This document shows positions 1 through 10,511 of a stretch of DNA of 64,000 bases, in pieces; the first letter of the stretch is position 1, and each line of letters opens with the position of its first letter. This DNA comes from Terriglobia bacterium (lineage in GTDB: Bacteria; Acidobacteriota; Polarisedimenticolia; Polarisedimenticolales; JAIQFR01). The notes beneath the pieces were generated by a model. The model saw nothing but the letters and a program-made list of their open reading frames with translations, was not told the DNA's origin and did not search any database. The stretch is taken from positions 1,184,001 through 1,248,000 of the forward strand of contig CAVVHE010000004.1 of the NCBI GenBank assembly GCA_963748015.1, in the 5' to 3' direction. Position numbers and translations under genes: made by a program.

Positions 1-311
1 GCGGCCCACTCGTTCACCTTCGGGTTGTACTTCATCGTGCACGAGCCGAGCGGGTAGAGGCCGCGATCCACCGCGTAGTTGAGCATGGACAGGCGCGTGA
101 AGTGGCGGACGACCTCGGGCTCGGACAGCTCCGGCATCCCTTCCACCCCGTCGCGCGAGAGCTCGGGCTCGATCGCCTCCGCGGCGTCGGGCACGTCGAG
201 CGGCGGGAGGTCCACTCCGCGCCTCCCGGGCCTCCCCTCCTCGAAGAGGAGCTTGAGGCGTTCGCGGCTCTGCCTGGCGCGGACCGCGGGGCTCACCGTC
301 TTGGCGTCCAT
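1..311 (-). CDS. gcvPB: Glycine dehydrogenase (decarboxylating) subunit 2, N-terminal part (runs off window)
   Basis: Manual translation MDAKTVS...[11 protein letters not shown]...[16 protein letters not shown]...[19 protein letters not shown] overlaps the gcvPA stop (TGATG). Confidence 0.93.
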   Translation of the reverse strand, partial: MDAKTVSPAVRARQSRERLKLLFEEGRPGRRGVDLPPLDVPDAAEAIEPELSRDGVEGMPELSEPEVVRHFTRLSMLNYAVDRGLYPLGSCTMKYNPKVNEWA

Positions 312-1660
312 CACAGCACCTCCGCCAGGGCGGCCGCGTAGGCGTCCACGTCCTCGCGCCGCGTGCGCTCGGTGACCGCGACGAGGAGCCGGTCGCGCAT
401 CTCGGGGAACCACCTCGACAGGTCCAGGCCGCCGAGGATCCCCTTCGCCCTCAGGGCCTCGAGGACCTCCGCGGCGGGTCTCGGAATCGTGAGGGCGAAC
501 TCGTTGAAGACGGGGCCGCCGAAGGTCCGCGAAACACCCTTCACCGCGGTCAGCGCGGCCAGGGCGTAGGCCGCCTTGGCCCGGTTGGCGCGCGCGGTCT
601 CGCGAAGGCCGTGCTTCCCGAGCAGCGCGAGGTGGATCGTCGCGGCCGTCATGCAGAGTCCCTGGTTCGTGCAGATGTTCGACGTCGCCTTCGCGCGGCG
701 GATGTGCTGCTCGCGCGTCGACAGGGTCAGCACGAAGCCGCGCCGCCCCTCGATGTCGGTCGTCTCCCCCACGATCCGGCCGGGCATCTGCCGCAAGTAC
801 TTCTCGCGAGCGGCCATGAACCCGAGATACGGGCCGCCGTACGACAGCGCGTTGCCGAAGCCCTGCGCCTCTCCGACGGTGACATCGCACCCGAGGTCGC
901 CGGGCCCCGCGAGGACGCCGAGGCTGAACGGCTCGGCGACGACCGCCACCGCGGCGGCCCCCTTCGCGTGCGCGGCGGCCGCGACCCGGTCGAGCCGCTC
1001 CACCACGCCGAACGCGTTCGGGCTCTGCACCGCGACCGCGGCCGTCTTGTCGTCCACCGCGGCCTCGAGCGCCTTCGGGTCGACGCGCCCGTCGCTCCCC
1101 CACGGGAGCGTCTCCATCGTGAGGCCGAGGTTCTTGAAGTAGGTGCGGGCGGTGAGGATGTACTCGGGATGGAGGCTGCCGGCGACCACCATCCGGTCGC
1201 GGCCGTGCACCCGGTTCGCCATGAGGAGCGCCTCGACGACGGCCGTGGCCCCGTCGTAGAGCGAGGCGTTGGCCACGTCGAGCCCGGTCAGCATGCAGAC
1301 CATGCTCTGGAACTCGAAGATCGTCTGAAGGGTCCCCTGGCTGATCTCGGGCTGGTACGGCGTGTAGGACGAGTAGAACTCGGTCCGCGACAGCAGGTGG
1401 TCCACCGCGACCGGGACGAAGTGATCGTACGCCCCCGCCCCCAGGAACGACCGGTAGCACCCGGTCGAGCCGTTCTTCATGGACAACTCCGACATCCGCT
1501 CCTGCAGCTCCATCTCGGACAGCGGCGGCGGCAGGTCGAGCGGTGCGCGGAGCCTGAGTCCGGCCGGCACCGTGGCGACGAGGTCGTCGGGCCCGGACGC
1601 CCCGACGGCCTCGAGCATGGCCGCGCGGTCGGCGGGTCCGTGGGGCAGGTAGCGCATCAT
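311..1660 (-). CDS. gcvPA: Glycine dehydrogenase (decarboxylating) subunit 1
   Basis: MRYLPH start; [49 protein letters not shown] motifs. Confidence 0.97.
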   Translation of the reverse strand: MMRYLPHGPADRAAMLEAVGASGPDDLVATVPAGLRLRAPLDLPPPLSEMELQERMSELSMKNGSTGCYRSFLGAGAYDHFVPVAVDHLLSRTEFYSSYTPYQPEISQGTLQTIFEFQSMVCMLTGLDVANASLYDGATAVVEALLMANRVHGRDRMVVAGSLHPEYILTARTYFKNLGLTMETLPWGSDGRVDPKALEAAVDDKTAAVAVQSPNAFGVVERLDRVAAAAHAKGAAAVAVVAEPFSLGVLAGPGDLGCDVTVGEAQGFGNALSYGGPYLGFMAAREKYLRQMPGRIVGETTDIEGRRGFVLTLSTREQHIRRAKATSNICTNQGLCMTAATIHLALLGKHGLRETARANRAKAAYALAALTAVKGVSRTFGGPVFNEFALTIPRPAAEVLEALRAKGILGGLDLSRWFPEMRDRLLVAVTERTRREDVDAYAAALAEVL

Positions 1661-1694
1661 CGAAGCCTCTCCCTCGGGGACGGCGGTCTCCCCG

Positions 1695-2072
1695 TTACTT
1701 CGTGGCGATCGCCGTGTAGGCGTCGGCGTTCATCAGCCCGTCGAGCTCCTTCGGGTTCCCGAGCTTCACCTTGCAGATCCACCCGGCGCCGTGCGGGTCC
1801 TTGTTCACGGTCTCCGGGGCGTCCGTCAGCGCGGCGTTCACCTCGGCGATCGTCCCCGAAACGGGCGCGTAGATCTCGGACACCGCCTTCACCGACTCGA
1901 TCGTCCCCATCGTCTCGCCGGCCTTCACCTGGCGTCCGACCTCGGGGAGCTCGACGTAGACGATGTCCCCCAACTCGTGCTGGGCGAAGTCGGTGATGCC
2001 GACGGTGCCGAGCTCTCCCTCGGCCGCGACCCACTCGTGCTCCTTCGTGTAGCGCATCTGCTTCGGGTACAT
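1695..2072 (-). CDS. gcvH: Glycine cleavage system H protein
   Basis: MYPKQMRYTKEHEWV...GITDFAQHELGDIVYVELP...ESVKAVSEIYAP (lipoyl Lys); GGAGG RBS before ATG 2072. Confidence 0.97.
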   Translation of the reverse strand: MYPKQMRYTKEHEWVAAEGELGTVGITDFAQHELGDIVYVELPEVGRQVKAGETMGTIESVKAVSEIYAPVSGTIAEVNAALTDAPETVNKDPHGAGWICKVKLGNPKELDGLMNADAYTAIATK

Positions 2073-2181
2073 TTCGGCTTCCTCCGCGCCGGCCGTCTCG
2101 GGCTGGCGAACCGTGCAACGCACTTCGGACTTGGAACACAGGACGGCGGGACGGAGCGTCTCCGGCCCCGCGATCTTCGGA

Positions 2182-3288
2182 TCACCTCGGGCGCTTGTAG
2201 AACGGGGTCGGCACCACGACCGCGGGCTCGCGCCGCCCGCGGATCTCCACCTCGAACCGCGAGCCCGGCTCCCACGAGCCGGCCGGCAGGTAGACGAGCC
2301 CGATGTTCTTCTTGAGGAACGGCGCGAACGATCCGCTGGTCACGACCCCCGCGGGCTTCCCGTCCACGAACGCCGGGTAGCCGTGCCGGGCGACCGCGCG
2401 GCCCTCGGTCTCGAACCCCACCAGCTTTCTGCGGACCCCCTCGTCCTTCTGCTTCGCCAGCACGTCGCTCCCGACGAACGGACCCTTCTCGAGCTTCACG
2501 ATCCAGCCGAGGTCCGCCTCGAGCGCCGTCGTCGTGGCGTCGATGTCGTTCCCGTAGAGAGCCATCTTCGCCTCGAGGCGGAGCGTGTCGCGGGCGCCGA
2601 GGCCGATCGGCACGAGGCCGTGCGGCGCTCCCTGCCCGAGAAGCGCGTACCAGATCTTCTCGGCCGCCGGCGGCGGCGAGTAGATCTCGAATCCGTCCTC
2701 GCCGGTGTAGCCCGTGCGGGAGACGATGCACGGCGCCCCCGAGACTTCCGCCCGCACGAAGGAGTAGTACTTCATCGCGGCGAGGTCGGTGGGGGTGAGG
2801 GGCTTCAGGATCTCGATCGCCCTCGGCCCCTGGAGCGCGATCTGCGCCCAGTCCGCGGAGGCGTCGGTGACCTCCGCGTCGAACCCCTTCGCCCGGTCGC
2901 GCATCCAGGCGAAGTCCTTGGCGGTGTTCGCGGCGTTGACCACGACGAAGTAGTCGTCGTCCGCCATCTTGTAGACGAGTAGGTCGTCGACGAACGCGCC
3001 GTTCGGCGTCATCAGGCCGTTGTAGTGGATCCGCCCGGGCACGAGCCTCGACACGTCGTTGCAGGTGGCGTGCTGGAGGAACGCGAGAGCCTGCGGCCCC
3101 CTCACCAGGACCTCGCCCATGTGGCTGACGTCGAAGAGTCCCGCCCGGGTGCGGACCGCGACGTGCTCGTCCATGACGCCGGTGTACTGCACCGGCATGT
3201 GCCAGCCCGCGAACTCGACCATGCGGGCGCCCGCCGCCACGTGGGCGGCATGCAGCGGGGTGCTCCTGAGCTCCGGCTCGTTCGTCAC
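2182..3288 (-). CDS. gcvT: Glycine cleavage system aminomethyltransferase T
   Basis: TPLH...[45 protein letters not shown] start at 3288 with GGAGG RBS. Confidence 0.96.
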   Translation of the reverse strand: MTNEPELRSTPLHAAHVAAGARMVEFAGWHMPVQYTGVMDEHVAVRTRAGLFDVSHMGEVLVRGPQALAFLQHATCNDVSRLVPGRIHYNGLMTPNGAFVDDLLVYKMADDDYFVVVNAANTAKDFAWMRDRAKGFDAEVTDASADWAQIALQGPRAIEILKPLTPTDLAAMKYYSFVRAEVSGAPCIVSRTGYTGEDGFEIYSPPPAAEKIWYALLGQGAPHGLVPIGLGARDTLRLEAKMALYGNDIDATTTALEADLGWIVKLEKGPFVGSDVLAKQKDEGVRRKLVGFETEGRAVARHGYPAFVDGKPAGVVTSGSFAPFLKKNIGLVYLPAGSWEPGSRFEVEIRGRREPAVVVPTPFYKRPR

Positions 3289-3334
3289 GGGGTCCTCCCG
3301 GAAGAAGAAGGGAACTTCGGGAAAATTGGGCGGA

Positions 3335-3363
3335 ATATTATCACAGCGCGGGCCCGCCGTCAG
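3335..3363 (-). promoter_or_regulatory. Putative sigma70 promoter for gcv operon
   Basis: CTGACG-17 bp-TAATAT with extended -10 TG, an AT-rich patch in GC-rich DNA. Confidence 0.5.
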
Positions 3364-4148
3364 TCCGCGAGCGCACGGAGGAGCGCGCCCTCGAGCCCGT
3401 CGTCGGTGGGGGCGTCCGCGACGGCCGCGGCGGGGAAGCCGGCCCGCGCGAGCGCGCTCGCGGTGACCTCGCCGATCGCCACCCGCTTCGCTCGCGCGAG
3501 CCCCTCCTCGGCCGCCGCCCGGCCCTCGCCCGCGGCGTCGAGCAGGAGGCGCAGCGCGGACGGCGAGGCGAACACGACCGCGTCGTACTCGCCGTTCGCG
3601 ATCCCGGAGGCCGCCGCCGACGCGCGGGACGAGCCGACCGTGCGGTAGAGAGCGACCTCGTCCACCTCGGCGCCGGCCGCCCGGAGCGCCTCGCCGAGGA
3701 CCTCCCGGGCGGACTCCGGCCTCGCCCACAGGACGCGCATCCCCGGCCTCACGTCCGCGCCGAGTGCCTCCGCGAGCCCCTCCGCGCGGCTGTCCTCGGC
3801 GACGAGGTGGACCGTGAGCCCGGCCTCCTCGAGCGCCTTCGCGGTCCCCGGGCCCACCGCCGCGACCCTCCCGAGGACGTCCTTCGGCCCGCGTCCCGCG
3901 AGACGCAGGGCCTCGGCGAAGAAGCGGACGCCGTTCGGGCTGGTGAACACCAGGACGTCGTAGAGTCCGGCCCGCTCGGCCGCGGCCCGGGCCGGGGCCG
4001 AGCCGGCGAGCGACTCGAAGGCGAGGACCGGCTCGACCGCGACGCGGGCCCCGAGGGACGCGAGTCGGGCGGCGAGGGCGCGCGACTCCGCCTCGGTCCG
4101 GGTCAGGAGCACCGTCCGCCCCTCGAGGGGCCGTCCGCCGCCGGGCAT
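3360..4148 (-). CDS. hemD: Uroporphyrinogen-III synthase
   Basis: [41 protein letters not shown]; follows hemC. Confidence 0.9.
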   Translation of the reverse strand: MPGGGRPLEGRTVLLTRTEAESRALAARLASLGARVAVEPVLAFESLAGSAPARAAAERAGLYDVLVFTSPNGVRFFAEALRLAGRGPKDVLGRVAAVGPGTAKALEEAGLTVHLVAEDSRAEGLAEALGADVRPGMRVLWARPESAREVLGEALRAAGAEVDEVALYRTVGSSRASAAASGIANGEYDAVVFASPSALRLLLDAAGEGRAAAEEGLARAKRVAIGEVTASALARAGFPAAAVADAPTDDGLEGALLRALAD

Positions 4149-4153
4149 CTCGG

Positions 4154-5110
4154 CTAGGCCGTAGGGGCCGTGCCGCCCGCCGCGGCGCGGGCGTCGCGGA
4201 GGATCCCTTCGCCGCCCGCGGCGAGGAGCGCGTCGGCGAGCCTCTCGCCCAGCCGGCAGCCGTCCTCGGGAGCCCCCTCGGCGTGCTCGCGGAGAAGGCG
4301 CCGGCCGTCGGGATCGCCGACCATCGCGTCGAGGACGATGCGTTCGTCGACGATCCGCGCGTGCGCGGTGGCCGGAGCGAGACACCCCCCGCCGAGGCGG
4401 TTCAGGAACGCGCGCTCCGCGAGGACGCAAACGAGCGTCGTCGCGTCGGTGAGCGCCTCGACGAAGCCGCGCGTCGTCCCGTCGTCGGTTCGCGTCTCGA
4501 CCGCCACCGCTCCCTGACCGACCGCGGGGAGGCACACGTCGGTCGGGATCGGCCTGAGCGGCACCTCGCGGAGACCGAGCCGCTCGACCCCCGCGAGCGC
4601 CAAGACCATGGCCCCGAACTGCCCCTCGCGCAGCTTCCTTATCCTCGTGTCCACGTTCCCGCGCACGAGGCACATGCCGAGGTCCGGGCGGGCGTGGAGG
4701 AGCTGCGAGCGGCGCCGGGGACTGCCGGTCGCCACCATCGTCCCCCGCGGGACGTCCGCGAACGACCAGCCCTCGACGGAGAGGAGGGCGTCGCGCGGAT
4801 CGTGCCGCGCCAGAACCGCCGCGATCCCGAGGCCCGCGGGCTGCTCCGTCGGCATGTCCTTGAGGCTGTGGACGGCGAGGTCGACGCGCCGCTCCTGCAG
4901 GGCGTCCTCGATCTCCTTGACGAAGAACCCCCGGCCCGGCATGTCGCCGAACGGCCGGTCGGTGACCCGGTCCCCCTCGGTCTTGATGATCAGGATCTCG
5001 ACGGCGAGACCCGGATTCGCCTCTTCGAGGCGCGTGGAGACGAATCGCGCCTGCCACAGCGCGAGCGGGCTCCCCCGCGTACCCACGACCAGTCTCGTCG
5101 GGCTAGACAT
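4154..5110 (-). CDS. hemC: Hydroxymethylbilane synthase (porphobilinogen deaminase)
   Basis: GTRGSPLALWQ, DLAVHSLKD, RGNVDTR, PAVGQG, LGGGC. Confidence 0.96.
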   Translation of the reverse strand: MSSPTRLVVGTRGSPLALWQARFVSTRLEEANPGLAVEILIIKTEGDRVTDRPFGDMPGRGFFVKEIEDALQERRVDLAVHSLKDMPTEQPAGLGIAAVLARHDPRDALLSVEGWSFADVPRGTMVATGSPRRRSQLLHARPDLGMCLVRGNVDTRIRKLREGQFGAMVLALAGVERLGLREVPLRPIPTDVCLPAVGQGAVAVETRTDDGTTRGFVEALTDATTLVCVLAERAFLNRLGGGCLAPATAHARIVDERIVLDAMVGDPDGRRLLREHAEGAPEDGCRLGERLADALLAAGGEGILRDARAAAGGTAPTA

Positions 5111-6431
5111 TGTCTCCCTCCGCTCCTTGGGATTGCGGCGAGGACGGGGACGCCCCCGCGTCTCGAGGCGCGTCCGGGACGTCGAAGATCCGCCGGTACA
5201 ACCCCGCGACGTCGTTACCCTGCCCCTCCGCCGCGCACCCCTTGAGATGGCGGATCGGGTTGTGGAGGACCTTCTGGATCACCGACCGCGTGAGCTCCTC
5301 CACCGCCTGCTGCTGCTCCGGCGAGAGCGCGCCGAGCCGCCTCCTGAACCGCTCGATCTCGGACTTCCCGATGCCGTGCAGCCGGTCGCGGAGCGCCGCG
5401 ATCGTCGGCCCGAGGTCGAGCGACTGGCGCCAGCGGGAGAACGACTCGACCTCTCCCTCGATCATCACCGCGGCGACCTCGGCCTGGCGCCGCCGCTCTT
5501 CCAGGTTCTGGTCCACGACCCCCTGGAGATCGTCGATGTCGTAGAGGTAGACGTTGTCGAGCTCGTTGACCTCGGGCGCCACATCGCGCGGGACCGCGAT
5601 GTCGATGAGGAACAGGGGGCGGCCGCGCCGCGCGCGCACGGCCTTCTGCGCGATCGCCTTGGTGACGACCGGCTCGGGGGCGGCCGTGCCGGTCACCACG
5701 ATGTCCACGCGCTCGAGGTACGCGAACCCCTCGTCCCAGTTCACCGCCTCTCCGTTGAATCGCTCCGCCAGGGCGGCCGCCCGGCTGTACGTGCGGTTGG
5801 CGACGACGACGCGGCTCACGCCGTTCGCCACCAGGTGGCGCGCCGCCAGTTCGGTCATCTTTCCCGCGCCGAGAAGCAGCGCCGACCGCCCCCCGAGATC
5901 GCCGAAGATCTTCTTCGCCAGCTCCACCGCGGCGAACGCGATCGAGACCGCGTGCCTCGAGATCCCGGTGTCCGTGCGAACTCGCTTCGCGGCCGAGAGC
6001 CCTTGCTGGAGGAGGCGGTCGAGCACCGCGCCCGTCGCGCCGGCCTCCCGCGCCACCTCGTACGCGCGCTTCACCTGTCCGAGGATCTGGGGCTCGCCGA
6101 GCACCATCGAGTCGAGTCCCGACACGACGCGGAACAGGTGGCGGACCGCGTCGGTCTCCTCGAACTCGTAGGTGAACTTGCCGACCTCGTCGAGGGTGAC
6201 GCCGTGCTCGCGGGCGAGGAAGCCCTTCACGGCCGCGGCCCCGGCATGCCCCTCCCTGGCCCGGGCGATGATCTCGACGCGGTTGCACGTCGAGACGATG
6301 AGGCCCTCCTCGAGCGGGCTCCCGCTCACGAGGCGCTCCACCGCGCCGGGCAGCTCGGCTTCCGAGAAGCCCAGCTTCTCCCGGACCTCCAGGGGAGCGC
6401 TCTTGTGATTGAGGCCGACGAGAACCAGCAT
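5103..6431 (-). CDS. hemA: Glutamyl-tRNA reductase
   Basis: GLNHKSAP, STCNRVE, GLDSMVLGEPQILGQVK, GAGKM, DIAVPRD. Confidence 0.97.
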   Translation of the reverse strand: MLVLVGLNHKSAPLEVREKLGFSEAELPGAVERLVSGSPLEEGLIVSTCNRVEIIARAREGHAGAAAVKGFLAREHGVTLDEVGKFTYEFEETDAVRHLFRVVSGLDSMVLGEPQILGQVKRAYEVAREAGATGAVLDRLLQQGLSAAKRVRTDTGISRHAVSIAFAAVELAKKIFGDLGGRSALLLGAGKMTELAARHLVANGVSRVVVANRTYSRAAALAERFNGEAVNWDEGFAYLERVDIVVTGTAAPEPVVTKAIAQKAVRARRGRPLFLIDIAVPRDVAPEVNELDNVYLYDIDDLQGVVDQNLEERRRQAEVAAVMIEGEVESFSRWRQSLDLGPTIAALRDRLHGIGKSEIERFRRRLGALSPEQQQAVEELTRSVIQKVLHNPIRHLKGCAAEGQGNDVAGLYRRIFDVPDAPRDAGASPSSPQSQGAEGDNV

Positions 6432-6434
6432 GGA

Positions 6435-7223
6435 TCAGCGCGACATCCCGAGCACGGTGAGAAGGCCGAGGGCGAAGCTGGCGATCGTCAGGTACGCCGA
6501 CTTCCGTCCCCGGAAACCCCTCACCAGCCGGGCATAGAGGAGAACCGCGAGCACCACCCACGCGAGAATCGGGAAGATCTGCTTCGGCCCTCCCATCCAG
6601 AACGTGCCGTACCGCACCCAGAGCACCACCTGTCCCGTGGCGATCCCGATGGTCAGGAGCGGGAAGCCCCAGAGCACCGCGAGGTTTCCGATCCGGTCGC
6701 AGGCGTCGAGCGACGGGAGCCGCTCCATGACCCGCCCCTTGCGCTTGGCCTTCAAGGCGCGGTTCTGCAACAGGTAGATGACCGCCATCGCGAAAGCGAG
6801 GCAGAGCGCCGCCATGCCGAGAACCGAGATGCCGACGTGGAACAAGAACCACCCCTTCTGCTGGGTGTCCGGCAACACGACCTCGCGAGAGGGGAAGAGC
6901 AGCGCGACGAACGCCATCAGGGCCGCGAGCGGCGGCAGGATCAGTCCCGCCTGGGTCATGCGCAGGCGCAGCGCCACCCAGAGATACAGCCCGAGCACGA
7001 CCCAGCCCAGGACCATCAGGTACTCGGCGGCGCTGGTGAAGGGGAAGGCGCCGACGCGCAGCCCCTCGTAGACGATCGCGGCGAGGTGGAGAAGCCACGC
7101 GACGACGAACGACGCCTCGGCCCCGCGCTCCGCCGCCTCCGAGCGTCTCACGAGGTACGTGAACGCCAGGAAGATCCCGTTGAAGTACGCGATGAGTGCC
7201 AGGGGAAGCAGGACGAGTCCCAC
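6435..7223 (-). CDS. Cytochrome c assembly protein (CcsA/HemX-like) membrane protein
   Basis: About 8 TM segments, HVG...LAFAMAVIYLLQ, LPSLD, W-rich GPKQ...W...Y...RGFRGRK; GTG start at 7223 with GGAGA RBS; directly upstream of hemA. Confidence 0.85.
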   Translation of the reverse strand: MGLVLLPLALIAYFNGIFLAFTYLVRRSEAAERGAEASFVVAWLLHLAAIVYEGLRVGAFPFTSAAEYLMVLGWVVLGLYLWVALRLRMTQAGLILPPLAALMAFVALLFPSREVVLPDTQQKGWFLFHVGISVLGMAALCLAFAMAVIYLLQNRALKAKRKGRVMERLPSLDACDRIGNLAVLWGFPLLTIGIATGQVVLWVRYGTFWMGGPKQIFPILAWVVLAVLLYARLVRGFRGRKSAYLTIASFALGLLTVLGMSR

Positions 7224-7457
7224 GCCGTCTCCGCAATCGCCGCCGCGCGCCGGTCCCGGCGGGAGTCGCGACCCCGTCGCGTCCTCCCGCCCCGGGGCGT
7301 TCGGGCGTTCCGACACGTGGGCCGCAATCCCCCCGAGGACGGCTCGGCCCGCCGTTTCGGGAGAGCCGAGGTTAGCATACTCCCCCGGAGAGGTGTTAAC
7401 TGACTGGCAGGACGGACCTTAGGATGGAACGGTCACCGCGCGTGATGTCCTCGACGA

Positions 7458-7482
7458 AGGGACAGCTACGGTAGCTGTCCCT
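7458..7482. repeat. Perfect 12-bp inverted repeat AGGGACAGCTAC-G-GTAGCTGTCCCT
   Basis: Read directly from the intergenic sequence. Confidence 0.9.
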
Positions 7483-7653
7483 CGAACCGGGGCGGCGCGG
7501 CGGGTCCGGAAGGGATGAGGGGATCAGGGCGAGCATCGGGAGGGTGCGCGCGAGCCACGTGGGCCCGCGCGGGTGGGAGCGGCGATCCCGGTATCGCCGC
7601 GTTGGTTCAGGTGGGAGACCCGCCGGCGCCGAGCGAACGCGGAAGAAGAACCG

Positions 7654-8034
7654 TCAAGGCGGGCGCCGCGGCCCGGCCGCGGGCTCGAGCGACGCGGCGA
7701 CCTCGCGGAGCGCCGCGTCCTGTTGCGCGGCGAGCACGCGGTATCTCCGAAGATCGAGCGCGCCGAGCCGGCGCGCGAGATAGAGGGCGTAGCGCGCCTC
7801 GGCGAGGCGGTCGCGCGCCGCGCCGACGAGCGCGCGCTCCTCCTCCCCGCCCGGCGGAGAGCAGGACGCGGCGACGAGCGCCCCCCCTCCCCTGAGAACG
7901 AGGCGTCGGATCTCCGCGGCAAGCTCGGGACAGGGCGAGCGCTCGAGGTCGGCAGCCGCCTTGACCGCCGCCATCGCGAACGCGTCGGCGGCGCGGAACG
8001 CGTCGAGACGTCCGCCCGCCCGCCGCTCCGGCAC
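7654..8034 (-). CDS. Degenerate four-helix-bundle protein (23S rRNA IVP/bAvd-like fold)
   Basis: RLDAFRAADAFAMA...LAAEIRR...ARDRLAEARYALYLARRLGAL pattern; start uncertain (GTG 8034). Confidence 0.6.
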   Translation of the reverse strand: MPERRAGGRLDAFRAADAFAMAAVKAAADLERSPCPELAAEIRRLVLRGGGALVAASCSPPGGEEERALVGAARDRLAEARYALYLARRLGALDLRRYRVLAAQQDAALREVAASLEPAAGPRRPP

Positions 8035-8060
8035 GGCGGCACGGACGGGAGCGAGACCGG

Positions 8061-8654
8061 CTACATTTTCCACTGGTGCCTCGCTCCGTCCCAGCGCCAC
8101 ACGCGCACCCGCGCCGTCGGCCCGTAGAGGACCACCGCGGCGAGCCCGCTGCGCCGGTCGGTGACGTAAAGCGTTCCGCTCGAGGCGCTCCCGTCGGGCG
8201 AGAACGAGATCAGCTTGGATCGGCCGAACTGCACGGGATCGGAGGCCTCGTCGAGCCTCTCGCCCCCCGGCGGCACCTCGGGGTACGGCCCGCCGGGCGG
8301 GATTCCCGGGGTGGCCTTCTCGATCTCGTCCTCGAGCCGGTGCGGCCCCGAGATCGTCCGGTCCACCCCGCTCCGCACCTCCGCGGTCCTCAGGCCGTTG
8401 CCGTTCCCGTCCTCGACCTCGAAGTAGACCCAGGCGGGACCGCGTTGCTCGAAGAAGAGGCCGCGGTGGCGGCGAACCGCGACGCTCTTGAATCGGAGCG
8501 CGCGGAATCGCAGGCCCATCTGTCGCGCGCCCGCCTCCGCGCGCGCCGACGAGAGCATGCTCGTGCCCGCGGGAACCGCGACGACCGCGGCCGCCGCGAG
8601 GATCGCGAGCGCCACGAGGCACTCGGGAAGCGTGATGCCCTGGTCGGCGCGCAT
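8061..8654 (-). CDS. GspH/FimT-like pseudopilin with prepilin N-terminal cleavage/methylation motif
   Basis: QG|ITLPECLVALAIL class III signal; C-terminal ISFSPDGSASSGTLYV. Confidence 0.85.
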   Translation of the reverse strand: MRADQGITLPECLVALAILAAAAVVAVPAGTSMLSSARAEAGARQMGLRFRALRFKSVAVRRHRGLFFEQRGPAWVYFEVEDGNGNGLRTAEVRSGVDRTISGPHRLEDEIEKATPGIPPGGPYPEVPPGGERLDEASDPVQFGRSKLISFSPDGSASSGTLYVTDRRSGLAAVVLYGPTARVRVWRWDGARHQWKM

Positions 8655-8661
8655 GACCGCT

Positions 8662-9011
8662 TCAGCGGGCCTTCGCGGCACCGGCGGTCAGGTAGGGCTT
8701 GAGCTTCACGATCGACTTCTCGCCGATGCCGCGGACCTTCACGAGGTCGTCCACCTGGGAGAACGGGCCGTTCTTCTCCCGGAACTCCACGATCCTCTGC
8801 GCGAGCGCCTCGCCGATCCCGGGGACCTTCTGGAGATCGGTCGAGGAGGCGGTGTTGACGTCCACCGGGCCGGCGGGGACGGACTTGCCGGAGGTTCCCC
8901 CCCGGAGGCGGGCGGCGACGCCGCCAGGCACGGCGCGGCGCCTGCGGCGGCGAGGGCGAGAGCGAGAATCCCGGCTGCGAGACGGCGGGTGGTGACGGCG
9001 TTGACGTGCAT
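8662..9011 (-). CDS. comEA: ComEA-family helix-hairpin-helix DNA-binding protein, frameshifted at G7 run (8897-8903)
   Basis: Signal peptide MHVNAVTTRRLAAGILALALAAAG (GGAGGA RBS) in one frame; VDVNTAS...VPGIGEALAQRIVEFREKNGPF...VRGIGEK in another; the 350-nt span is one base short of in-frame. Confidence 0.85.
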
Positions 9012-9185
9012 CTTGTCCTCCGTGAAGCGGGCCCGGCGATCGCGCCGGGCCGGCGCCGCGGAAGACCGCAACCGTCGTGCCATGTCGAAAACGCCGGAAG
9101 GACGGGGGGAACACGCGTGGGAGGAACACGCGCGGACACGCCACCGGCACCGGCGCGTGCGCCCGCGGACACGGCGGGATTCGCG

Positions 9186-10511
9186 CTACGACGAGAAGAA
9201 CGTCTTGATGACGTCGAAGTAGATGATCGTGCCGAAGAAGAGCAGGAGGAACACGAGCCCCGCCTGCATGACCCTCTCCTTCACGACATCGGAGAGGTCG
9301 CGGCGCATGATCCCCTCGACGCACAGGATCAGGATGTGCCCGCCGTCGAGCACCGGGATCGGCAGCAGGTTGATGATTCCGAGCTGCAGGCTGACGAACG
9401 CCAGGAAGGCGAGGAACGACTCGAGGCGCTTCACCGCTTCTCGCGACACCCTCGCGATCTCGATCGGACCGGAGAAGGCCCGAACGGAGATCTCGCGACG
9501 CGCCACCTTCCGGAGGGTCTTGAACAGGGTCTTCGACAGATCGAGGTTCACCCGAAACGACTCGGCGGCCGCTGCCACGGGACCGTAGGTGACGTGCACG
9601 AGCCCCGCCGTCTTGAAGACGACGCCCACGACCCCTCTCCCCGCCTCCGAACGGGGGGTGACCGCGAGGTCGAGCTTCTGCCCCCCGCGCTCGACCTTCA
9701 GCGCGACCTCGCGCCCGGCGCTCGCGGTGAGGATCGCGCGGAGCCGGACCTCGTCGATCGGCTCCTCGCCGTCCGCGGCGAGAACCTTGTCCCCCGACCG
9801 GAAGCCGGCCTTCTCCGCGGGGTAGCCGCCGAGCACCATGTCGATCTCCGGCTGCCCGGGGTTTTCCGTGATGAGGCGCCACCCCGGATCTCCGAGGTGG
9901 TAGCGGGGGTCCGCGCCGGTGTTCATCGTCAGGGAGACCCGCTCCGATCCCCGCTGCAAGACCACGGGTTTCGCCTTCTCCGGCGAGAAGAACACCTCGT
10001 CCCCCTCGGTCTGCGGGTCGCGCGCGTCCCTGCCGTTGATCGAGACGACCCTGTCGCCGGCCTTGATCCCCGCCTCGGCCGCGGGGGAGCCCTGGCGGAC
10101 CTCCGCGACCACGGGGTAGGTCTCGGCGATCGGCCGCTCGTTCTTCCCGTAGGCCCAGAGGACGACCCACGTCACGACGAGGGCGAGGATGATGTTGAAG
10201 ACCGCGCCCGCCGCGAAGATCACGAGGCGCTGCCAGCGCGGCTTCGCCTGCAGCTCGTCCCCCTTCCCTGCGCGGTCGTCGGCTTCCTCTCCGGCGAGAC
10301 GCACGTAGCCGCCGAGGGGGATGGCCGACGCCCGGAAGTCCGTCCCGCGCCAGGTGAAGCCGAACAGCCGGGGGCCCACGCCGAAGAACGAGAACACGGG
10401 AACGCCGACGCCGAAGAGCCGGGCGAAGATGAAATGCCCGAACTCGTGGACGAAGACGAGGATGCCGAGCACAAGGACGAACGACAAAAGGATCTGGAGC
10501 AGACCAATCAC
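9186..10511 (-). CDS. rseP: RIP metalloprotease RseP (two PDZ domains)
   Basis: HEFGH, IPLGGYV, NLLPIPVLDGGH; follows dxr. Confidence 0.96.
   Translation of the reverse strand: MIGLLQILLSFVLVLGILVFVHEFGHFIFARLFGVGVPVFSFFGVGPRLFGFTWRGTDFRASAIPLGGYVRLAGEEADDRAGKGDELQAKPRWQRLVIFAAGAVFNIILALVVTWVVLWAYGKNERPIAETYPVVAEVRQGSPAAEAGIKAGDRVVSINGRDARDPQTEGDEVFFSPEKAKPVVLQRGSERVSLTMNTGADPRYHLGDPGWRLITENPGQPEIDMVLGGYPAEKAGFRSGDKVLAADGEEPIDEVRLRAILTASAGREVALKVERGGQKLDLAVTPRSEAGRGVVGVVFKTAGLVHVTYGPVAAAAESFRVNLDLSKTLFKTLRKVARREISVRAFSGPIEIARVSREAVKRLESFLAFLAFVSLQLGIINLLPIPVLDGGHILILCVEGIMRRDLSDVVKERVMQAGLVFLLLFFGTIIYFDVIKTFFSS

Noticed and set aside
3289..3360. Glycine riboswitch upstream of gcvT
   Set aside because: Only about 70 bp are available and are occupied by a promoter and RBS; no aptamer motifs seen
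3360..7223. ccsA-like gene in an operon with hemA-hemC-hemD as a novel system
   Set aside because: This arrangement is already known from many bacteria
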